Assembly: GCA_002440885.1 (NCBI GenBank)
Contig: DJVY01000100.1
Span: forward strand, 23,702-87,701
Reading direction: 5' to 3'
Source of the DNA: Bacteroidales bacterium UBA6244
GTDB taxonomy: Bacteria; Bacteroidota; Bacteroidia; Bacteroidales; F082
Length of the DNA: 64,000 bases
The notes beneath the pieces were generated by a model. That model saw only the letters and a program-made list of their open reading frames with translations, was not told the DNA's origin and did no database searches. The translations under genes were made by a program, and so were the position numbers. How positions within the stretch are numbered: the first letter of the stretch is position 1; the number at the start of each line of letters is the position of its first letter. This document shows, in pieces, positions 57,563-64,000 of the stretch.

Positions 57563-57901
57563 ATGAGCACTTTAAGAAATTCCGTACAGTTAATTGGCCG
57601 TTTAGGCAATGATCCTGAAGTTAAAACTTTTGGCGAGAACAAAACCAAGGTTCGTTTTTCGCTGGCTACGAGTGATTATCACGTAGATAAAAACGGTGAG
57701 CGTGTAGAGGATACGCAATGGCACAACATCATCGGCTGGGGCAACGTGGCCACCATTGCTGAGAAATACCTGAAAAAGGGACATGAGGTGGCCGTGCGCG
57801 GTAAGCTAACCTATTCTGATTGGGTTGACAAGGACAACCAGAAACATTATATGACTGAGGTAGTGGTTTCGGAGATTCTCTTGATGGAGAAAAAGAAGTA
57901 G
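57563..57901 (+). CDS. ssb: single-stranded DNA-binding protein, short form without acidic C-terminal tail
   Basis: 112 aa from ATG 57563. MSTLRNSVQLIGRLGNDPEVKTF...RFSLAT...TQWHNIIGWGNVA OB-fold blocks. The C-terminus is ...SEILLMEKKK. Confidence 0.85.
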   Translation: MSTLRNSVQLIGRLGNDPEVKTFGENKTKVRFSLATSDYHVDKNGERVEDTQWHNIIGWGNVATIAEKYLKKGHEVAVRGKLTYSDWVDKDNQKHYMTEVVVSEILLMEKKK

Positions 57902-57921
57902 TCGGGATTATGTGTTTCATT

Positions 57922-57950
57922 AGCTGCGGACGTAAAAATCCGCAGCTTTT
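57922..57950 (+). terminator. rho-independent terminator after ssb
   Basis: AGCTGCGGA-cgtaaaaa-TCCGCAGCT followed by TTTT. It abuts the convergent rsmD stop. Confidence 0.75.
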
Positions 57951-58493
57951 CTATTCTTCCGGATAATGGAAGAAGCTGAAGTTGACTTTTCCGTAGTTGC
58001 GACGTGAGTGAAAAAACTCAAAACTGTTAAAATCAATTGATTTTGGATGTTCAACTATCAACCAGCCTCCTTTGTTGAGTTTGTTTGTTTTAAACACCAG
58101 TTCGGCTATTTCCGGGATATTTTCCATAGCATAGGGCGGGTCTGCGAAAATTACGTCGAAGGTTTGTCCTGAGGTTTTTAAAAACCTGAAAACGTCTGAT
58201 TGGATGACATTTAGTTCGTCCATCTCGAAATGGGTTGCCGTTTGCCTGATAAACTTTACACAGCTGTAATTTGTTTCTATTGCGGTAACGCTAGTCACAC
58301 CCCTCGACACCAATTCATAGGAAATGTTTCCAGTGCCACTGAATAAGTCAAGGGCGCTTTTCTCGTCTAAATCAATGATGTTGCCCAGTATATTAAATAA
58401 ACTTTCTTTGGCGAGGTCGGTGGTAGGGCGAACAGGTAAATTCTTCGGAGGTGAGATAATCCGGCGTTTGTATTTACCTCCTACTATTCGCAT
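57951..58493 (-). CDS. rsmD: 16S rRNA (guanine(966)-N(2))-methyltransferase
   Basis: 180 aa. MRIVGGKYKRRII..P....RPTTDLAKESLFNIL, LDLFSGTG, FADPPY. Confidence 0.9.
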   Translation of the reverse strand: MRIVGGKYKRRIISPPKNLPVRPTTDLAKESLFNILGNIIDLDEKSALDLFSGTGNISYELVSRGVTSVTAIETNYSCVKFIRQTATHFEMDELNVIQSDVFRFLKTSGQTFDVIFADPPYAMENIPEIAELVFKTNKLNKGGWLIVEHPKSIDFNSFEFFHSRRNYGKVNFSFFHYPEE

Positions 58494-59353
58494 AACAGGC
58501 TGTTGAAGAGAATGTAATGGTGGTGAAGATTAATTTGATCGAAGAGGTACGAATACTCAAAGCTGGTGTTTTTTTCAATCATCTTAAAATGCTTAATGTA
58601 TCTGTAAATCATCTCGTAATAGGGACTTACCTTATCTACTTTTCCCAGCATAACGAGGTTTACTTTTTCCGGGTTAAGGGTAAGTTGTTCGATGCTTAGC
58701 AGCAGGAAGTATATAAAATCTTCCTTTGTGTTGAATGGAAACTGATTATAGAAGTTCAGGTTCTTTTCATTGAAATGAACCAAATCGAAACAGTTATCGT
58801 GTACCTGTAGAAAGAGTGTGTTGCGATCGTATTTGTTTTTGTTGATGATGGCCAGACTTTCTGTAAGGGCTGAGGAAAAGTGCATTATTTTAGCGTTGGC
58901 CCAAAAATCTTTTATCTTTTCCACAACAGGATTCGAGGCATAATATACCATGTAAGCCCCGATATTTTTTAACTGGTCGTACAGAATTCGTGAGTTTTCC
59001 TGAAAAGGATGGTTAAATCCTAAGAACAAGTGTTTCTGTTGTGGGTCAAAAAGTGCTTGCGGAATAGGGGTCGAAAACCGATTAACCAGCATCACGGTTA
59101 CTTCCTTGTAAGGGAAAGCAAACCAGGGCTGTTCGTTTAAAATTTGCCCGAACAAAGAAGGTAACTGACTTTCCTCTTTTACATTGGGGAAGTGAAAAGC
59201 CTGCAAACCGATAAATTTATTTTTCTCGGGGTTCAGAACGCAAAAAACAAGTCCATGCAAACTAATTTGCATGGACAAGATATAATTCCTGGTATTGGCC
59301 TCTTTAAATGATTTATCGAGGATATTGATATATGGTGACAGCTTTAGGGACAT
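58484..59353 (-). CDS. DUF3822-like protein of unknown function
   Basis: 289 aa. Its position immediately upstream of rsmD, overlapping it by 10 nt, and the N-terminal ...YILSMQISLHGLVFCVLNPEKNKF block match my recollection of DUF3822 proteins of Bacteroidota. Confidence 0.5.
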   Translation of the reverse strand: MSLKLSPYINILDKSFKEANTRNYILSMQISLHGLVFCVLNPEKNKFIGLQAFHFPNVKEESQLPSLFGQILNEQPWFAFPYKEVTVMLVNRFSTPIPQALFDPQQKHLFLGFNHPFQENSRILYDQLKNIGAYMVYYASNPVVEKIKDFWANAKIMHFSSALTESLAIINKNKYDRNTLFLQVHDNCFDLVHFNEKNLNFYNQFPFNTKEDFIYFLLLSIEQLTLNPEKVNLVMLGKVDKVSPYYEMIYRYIKHFKMIEKNTSFEYSYLFDQINLHHHYILFNSLLCE

Positions 59354-59365
59354 CCTAAAAAGCCG

Positions 59366-59962
59366 TTATTCCCAGTTACCATCTGTAGAGGGCTCGACCA
59401 TTGAACCAACTTTTAACCCGGGATATTTTTCAATATCTTCAAATTTTGAAATCAGGTTGGCGATGGATTGCTCGTCCATCCCTTTGAGGAAAGATTTAAA
59501 AGGTGCTTTGGCCTCAAATACGTTTACGTCAACACCACCACGATCGATCGTGTCGGCCTGCATTTCAAATACGATTCCACCAGAAAAAGGTATGGTTTTA
59601 AAGTTGGTGAAAGTAAAACCAGTCTTTTTCCCAAACAAAGAATCTGCTACATTGATAAAACCTACGGTGTCATTAATGGTTCTTGTGTAGGTGGTATCGG
59701 TAGGATCCGGAATAATTTTTACCACAGGTATTTCGGCAATTTTCAGAAAGGTGATGAGCGTGTCAAAATCAGCGGCATAACTTCCTTTAAGTTGTTTGTA
59801 AATAAGCTGTGAACTCCTGATGTCTTTTAACCTTTGAATAACAACCTTTTCGCGGTTTGCTTTTTCCTGATTAAATCTAACAGGTTCCATTATGCTTTCA
59901 AAAACAAGATAGGCCAGTCCGATAATGACCAATGCTAAAACGATTTGAACGATCTTTTTCAT
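59366..59962 (-). CDS. hypothetical membrane-anchored protein
   Basis: 198 aa. N-terminal TM helix MKKIVQIVLALVIIGLAYLVF. No recognisable motif. Its stop lies 12 nt before the DUF3822 start. Confidence 0.6.
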   Translation of the reverse strand: MKKIVQIVLALVIIGLAYLVFESIMEPVRFNQEKANREKVVIQRLKDIRSSQLIYKQLKGSYAADFDTLITFLKIAEIPVVKIIPDPTDTTYTRTINDTVGFINVADSLFGKKTGFTFTNFKTIPFSGGIVFEMQADTIDRGGVDVNVFEAKAPFKSFLKGMDEQSIANLISKFEDIEKYPGLKVGSMVEPSTDGNWE

Positions 59963-59981
59963 GTGTAAAATAATTTGATAG

Positions 59982-59989
59982 CAAAATTA
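59982..59989 (-). promoter_or_regulatory. -7 promoter box (TAnnTTTG) for hyp-DUF3822-rsmD operon
   Basis: The minus strand reads TAATTTTG, 20 nt upstream of ATG 59962. Confidence 0.45.
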
Positions 59990-60080
59990 GAATAATAAAC
60001 GGAATAGGCTGATATTTCGTATGAATAATTTTTTAACTTTTATCGGGTTTTAATAAAAATCCCACCGTTGTAATGAGGTT

Positions 60081-60524
60081 TTACAAGGCTTCGAAGTCAG
60101 GTAATCCATTGAGGAAAGAAAATGTTTGTGTTTCATGATTCAGACGACAACAATAGAAAGCGCTCCCATTGCTGATAACCATATAATCAACTTTTAGTTT
60201 CAGGTTGTAGTTAGCTGCCTGCTCCATGGTTTTTTGAGTTAACTTAATTTTTGGCGATTTGAATTCGATAAGCATAGCCGGTTTGCCTTTTCGATTGTAA
60301 ACCACAGCATCAAATCGCCTTGGCATGTGGTTTACCTGAATTGTTTTTTCTACTGATATCAGCGATCGCGGATAATTCAGGTCTGAGGTCAGGTAAGCTA
60401 GAAAATGCTGGCGAACCCACTCTTCGGGTGTAAGTGCCACATACTTTTTACGCCAGTAGTCAAATATTTCCTCTTTGCCTTCGTCGTTTATCCTGATCTG
60501 AAATTTGTTTTCGGTGTTCGACAT
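60081..60524 (-). CDS. stand-alone HsdR N-terminal-like (PD-(D/E)xK fold) protein
   Basis: 147 aa. TPEEWVRQHFLAYL..YP..LISVE, RFDAVVY and MLIEFKSP (D...ExK) blocks, as in type I restriction enzyme R-subunit N-terminal-domain proteins. Confidence 0.65.
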   Translation of the reverse strand: MSNTENKFQIRINDEGKEEIFDYWRKKYVALTPEEWVRQHFLAYLTSDLNYPRSLISVEKTIQVNHMPRRFDAVVYNRKGKPAMLIEFKSPKIKLTQKTMEQAANYNLKLKVDYMVISNGSAFYCCRLNHETQTFSFLNGLPDFEAL

Positions 60525-60572
60525 GTTTATCTTTTCGTCCGTATTTTGGGTGTAAAACTACTTTAAAAATTG

Positions 60573-60580
60573 TAAATTTG
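60573..60580 (+). promoter_or_regulatory. -7 promoter box (TAnnTTTG) for amn-holA
   Basis: TAAATTTG lies 15 nt upstream of ATG 60595. Confidence 0.45.
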
Positions 60581-60581
60581 C

Positions 60582-60589
60582 CAAAACTA
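60582..60589 (-). promoter_or_regulatory. -7 promoter box (TAnnTTTG) for the HsdR_N-like gene
   Basis: The minus strand reads TAGTTTTG, 58 nt upstream of ATG 60524, back to back with the amn box. Confidence 0.35.
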
Positions 60590-60594
60590 TTCAT

Positions 60595-61365
60595 ATGATC
60601 GAAAAGCAGGAAATTGTTGAAAACTGGTTGCCCAGATATACAGGCTTAGCGCTCGAGGGTTTTGGGAAATTTATTCTTCTGACTAATTTTAAGCAGTACC
60701 TTGAGCTTTTTGCTCAATGGAATAACGTAGAAATCGTGGATAAAAATGCCAACATGCCTTGTGCTACTGCCGGCGATATTACCATGATTAATTTTGGTTT
60801 TGGAAGTGCCAACGCGGCCACTGTAATGGATTTACTCAGTGGAATTCAGCCAAATGCGGTCTTGTTCCTGGGGAAATGTGGTGGTATCAAAAGGAAAAAT
60901 GAAGTCGGCGACCTGATTTTGCCCATTGCAGCTATTCGCGGCGATGGAACCTCAGATGATTATCTGCCCTCAATTGTTCCTGCACTTCCCGCTTTTAGCA
61001 TGCAAAAGGCCATCTCTACTACAATCAGAGATTTTAACCGCGATTATTGGACCGGCACGGTATACACTACCAACCGAAGGGTTTGGGAACACGACGAGAA
61101 ATTTAAGAAATTGCTGCGCAAAACACGCTCAATGGCTGTAGATATGGAGACAGCTACCATTTTTACTGTCGGATTCGTAAACGAAATTCCAACCGGAGCT
61201 TTGCTTCTGGTTACCGATCAACCCATGATCCCCGAAGGGGTGAAAACAATTGAAAGTGATAAAAAAGTGAATAAGGATTTCGTTGGCGATCACATCAAAA
61301 TCGGAGTAGAATCCCTGAAACAGCTCATAAATAATGGGTTAACTGTTAAACACCTGAGATTTTAG
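60595..61365 (+). CDS. amn: AMP nucleosidase, short form (catalytic nucleoside-phosphorylase-fold domain only)
   Basis: 256 aa. WLPRYTG, ILLTNF, FLGKCGG and VDMETATIF blocks. Confidence 0.7.
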   Translation: MIEKQEIVENWLPRYTGLALEGFGKFILLTNFKQYLELFAQWNNVEIVDKNANMPCATAGDITMINFGFGSANAATVMDLLSGIQPNAVLFLGKCGGIKRKNEVGDLILPIAAIRGDGTSDDYLPSIVPALPAFSMQKAISTTIRDFNRDYWTGTVYTTNRRVWEHDEKFKKLLRKTRSMAVDMETATIFTVGFVNEIPTGALLLVTDQPMIPEGVKTIESDKKVNKDFVGDHIKIGVESLKQLINNGLTVKHLRF

Positions 61366-61367
61366 TT

Positions 61368-62372
61368 TTGACTTTCGCTGAAATTGTTCGAAACCTGGGG
61401 AACAAAATATTTGCTCCTGTTTACTTCTTCCACGGAGAAGAGCCTTGGTATATTGACCAACTCACCGACTTAATAGAGGACTCCATATTGGATGCTGCCA
61501 CGCGCGATTTTAATCAGTCGGTTATTTATGGTTACGATGTTACCCCAAGGGAAGTCGTTGATTTGGCCCGGCAGTTTCCCATGATGGGGAACTATCAGGT
61601 TGTGATTGTGAAAGAAGCCCAGGAGCTTAAGTCGTGGGATGAAATTGAAAAATATATTGCTCAGCCGTTGTCTACCACCATACTTGTTTTAGCCCACAAG
61701 CATAAAAAAGTTGACAAAAGAAAAGCTTTCTATAAAACGATTACCGGATCGAAAAATGTGGTTGTTTTTGAGTCGGTGAAAATTCGAGACAATAAAATTC
61801 CAGACTTTATAAAAGAAGAACTGGCTAAAAAGGGATTTAATATCGAAAGTCGGGCACTTCAGCTTATGGCCGAATACCTGGGCAACGATTTAGGGAAGAT
61901 AAACAATGAGCTTCAAAAACTGCTTATTAATTTGCCACCGAACACCCGGATTAATGAGGGCCACATTGAGCAAAACATTGGAATCAGTAAAGATTTCAAT
62001 GTTTTTGAACTGCAAAATGCGCTGGTACAGCGCAATATTTTAAAGGCCCAACGCATCGTAAACTATTTTGAGGCCAACCCGAAGGATAACCCTATTCAGA
62101 TGCTTACGCCGATGTTGCACAATTTCTTTATGAAGGTTTTTTTGTATAGTAACCTTGCCGGAAACCCGCCCAACATTATAGCCTCTGAAATTGGAGTTTC
62201 ACCCTATTTTTTATCGGAATACGCTTTGGCAGCCAAGTCGTTTTCACCCCTAAAGGTGAAAGGTGTTATCTCGGATTTGCGTAAGCTGGACTTAAAAAGT
62301 AAGGGCGTCGACAGTACAGACTCTACAGGTTACGATGACCTGAAAGTACTTGTTTATAAAATCCTCAACTGA
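61368..62372 (+). CDS. holA: DNA polymerase III subunit delta
   Basis: 334 aa. TTG start 3 nt after the amn stop. APVYFFHGEEPWYID, VVIVKEAQ, and the overall HolA layout. Confidence 0.8.
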   Translation: MTFAEIVRNLGNKIFAPVYFFHGEEPWYIDQLTDLIEDSILDAATRDFNQSVIYGYDVTPREVVDLARQFPMMGNYQVVIVKEAQELKSWDEIEKYIAQPLSTTILVLAHKHKKVDKRKAFYKTITGSKNVVVFESVKIRDNKIPDFIKEELAKKGFNIESRALQLMAEYLGNDLGKINNELQKLLINLPPNTRINEGHIEQNIGISKDFNVFELQNALVQRNILKAQRIVNYFEANPKDNPIQMLTPMLHNFFMKVFLYSNLAGNPPNIIASEIGVSPYFLSEYALAAKSFSPLKVKGVISDLRKLDLKSKGVDSTDSTGYDDLKVLVYKILN

Positions 62373-62374
62373 TA

Positions 62375-64000
62375 TTAGTCAAGCAATAAAAGCCAGACGA
62401 AGCCAAAAGGTTCAAGCACTATGGTGTTGTCGGGGTCTTCTACACGCATGCCTTTTGGGAATATTATCGCCAAATCCTCATCAGCAACGGGGTTTTTAAT
62501 TTTTATCTCCCTGTCCGATAGGTTGTTGATTATCAGTAAACGCTCATCAACTGTTGTGCGATAATAGGCCAGAATGTGTTCAGAAAGGATACCGTTGGCA
62601 TCGCAAACATCCAGAAAGGTTGTTTTTCCGCGCCCAAAAGCCGGGTGGTTTTTGCGAGCATTTAACATGCCATGAATGAAATTGAAAACGACCGCATGAA
62701 AATTCTCCGACTGACTGAGATCTTTTTCAACTTGTTGCCAATCAATTCGTCCCCGTACCAGAAAACGGGTGTCGTCTTTGCCTGTAAATTGTATCTGTTC
62801 CTGGTAATAATTCTCATCGTTAAGTTTACCGAACTCATCTCCATAATAAACTACCGGCGTGCCGGTTATGGTAAGCATGAGCGAATAACTAAGCGCTATT
62901 TTGTCAGGATTCCGTTTCATAAGCTCCGACAACCTTGCCGAAATACCTTCCCCGACTCGGAAATCCCATTTTGGGTCGTGGCAGTAGTTTGAATGAATAT
63001 AGTGCCGGTCTTCTTCTGAAACATAGACCAGCTCCAGACTTAACTCATCATGAACACGTAAAAAAGTCATCCATTGATTGCTTTCACGTATTTCGGGTGT
63101 TACCTCGCTGCTAAGGGTATGTCTGATGGGTGTAGCGTTTTGTTGTGCGATGGCTTTAAACATCATGGGCATAAGCGGAAAATGATAGGCGGCGTGGCAC
63201 TCATCACCATCACCCAGATATTTAACCACTTCAGTTGGTTTCTGGCAGGCTTCGGCGAGCAGCAATGTGCCGGGTTTTATGTAGTCGAGTACAGCCCTGA
63301 AAAACTTAACAATGACGTGAGTTTTATCCAGATTTTCGCAGCTCGTATGGTTTTCTTTCCATAGATATGGGATAGCATCAGCTCTAAATCCGTCAGCTCC
63401 CATCTGTTGCCAGTAGAGCAGGTTTTTTGTCATCGACAGCAGTACCTCAGGGTTTCGGTAGTTTAAGTCGGGTTGAAAGCTGAAAAAGCGGTGGAAATAG
63501 TAGCGTTCGCCCAGCTTTTCCCAATTCGAGTCCTCGATACCTTTAAATAGTAGTCGGGCATCCAGGTATTCGTTGGGTTCATCTCTCCAAATGTAAAAGT
63601 CACTGTATTTGTTCGGTGTTGTCTTTTTCGATTCCAGAAACCATGGGTTTTCGTCAGAAGTGTGGTTAATGGCTACATCAAAAATAACTTTTATGTCGCG
63701 ATGGTGGGCTTCTTCCAGAAAATGCTTAAAAACAATGGCCTGATCTTCCTTCGTAGCCGTGGTTGGTAAACCCAGCAAATCGTGTCTGATCATGTCATAG
63801 TTTCTGATGTCAAAGCCGGCATCCCGCATGGGGGAGTCCAAAATGGGTAATAACCATAAACATGAGATGCCTAAATCATGCAGATAGTCTAACTTTTGTA
63901 TCAATCCCTGAAAGTCGGTGTTAAACAGATCAACATACAGGGCATATACCGTCGCCTCTTTGTACCAGTCGTTTGCATCGCTTACACCAGAAAGTGGGGT
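62375..64000 (-). CDS. GH13 alpha-amylase-family enzyme, trehalose-synthase/amylosucrase-like, partial (5' end beyond right window edge)
   Basis: The frame stays open upstream of the track's ATG 63904 to the window end (...WYKEATVYALYVDLFNTDFQGLIQKLDYL...). LWLLPILDSPMRDAGFDIRNYD, FHRFFSFQPDLNYRNPEV, GFRADAIPYLW, LLAEACQ, FLRVHDELS. Confidence 0.7.
   Translation of the reverse strand, partial: TPLSGVSDANDWYKEATVYALYVDLFNTDFQGLIQKLDYLHDLGISCLWLLPILDSPMRDAGFDIRNYDMIRHDLLGLPTTATKEDQAIVFKHFLEEAHHRDIKVIFDVAINHTSDENPWFLESKKTTPNKYSDFYIWRDEPNEYLDARLLFKGIEDSNWEKLGERYYFHRFFSFQPDLNYRNPEVLLSMTKNLLYWQQMGADGFRADAIPYLWKENHTSCENLDKTHVIVKFFRAVLDYIKPGTLLLAEACQKPTEVVKYLGDGDECHAAYHFPLMPMMFKAIAQQNATPIRHTLSSEVTPEIRESNQWMTFLRVHDELSLELVYVSEEDRHYIHSNYCHDPKWDFRVGEGISARLSELMKRNPDKIALSYSLMLTITGTPVVYYGDEFGKLNDENYYQEQIQFTGKDDTRFLVRGRIDWQQVEKDLSQSENFHAVVFNFIHGMLNARKNHPAFGRGKTTFLDVCDANGILSEHILAYYRTTVDERLLIINNLSDREIKIKNPVADEDLAIIFPKGMRVEDPDNTIVLEPFGFVWLLLLD

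Noticed and set aside
60081-60524. Possible type I restriction-modification or other defence system around the HsdR_N-like gene.
   Set aside because: No methylase, specificity subunit, helicase/ATPase or any other defence-type gene lies within about 10 kb. The neighbours are core genes (rsmD operon, amn, holA).

Overview
Dense, roughly 90% coding chromosomal segment that looks like a Bacteroidota genome. Evidence for that: a T9SS type-B C-terminal sorting domain, a CarboxypepD_reg-type TonB-dependent receptor, a DUF3822-RsmD pair, mitochondrial-like citrate synthase and IDH, and perfect TAnnTTTG -7 boxes correctly placed upstream of many start codons. I call 46 CDSs (two cut by the window edges), 7 rho-independent terminators, 17 candidate -7 promoter boxes and two long intergenic palindromes with associated direct repeats. 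I recognised no rRNA, tRNA, CRISPR array, transposase, integrase or phage gene. Most genes are housekeeping: valS, iorAB, acpH, purA, fur, relA/spoT, hutU, tgt, gltA, icd, gap, ppk1, ssb, rsmD, amn, holA. All family calls come from motif recognition by eye in the supplied translations; no database search was run. Several ORF-track starts (TTG or upstream ATG) were moved to downstream ATGs that fit signal peptides, family N-termini and -7 boxes. I do not see a convincing multi-gene defence, toxin or secretion system. The most novel-looking item is a single 1,373-aa gene (47190-51311). It has a pyruvate,phosphate-dikinase-type ATP-grasp plus phosphohistidine swivel module, lacks the PEP/pyruvate barrel, and is fused to about 880 aa of unrecognisable sequence, so it may be a dikinase for an unknown substrate. 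It sits between icd-gltA and gap. Second-tier items: a SusD-less TonB-receptor/sucrose-phosphorylase/MFS/fructokinase/LacI locus with a perfect 18-bp palindrome upstream; a hutU / GT-C membrane protein / MBL-hydrolase operon with overlapping stop and start codons; a secreted EEP enzyme ATGA-coupled to a giant AsmA/TamB-like protein; a roughly 30% G+C two-lipoprotein islet; a SixA-like-ppk1-TPR operon; and a Tgt that has lost its three zinc-binding cysteines.
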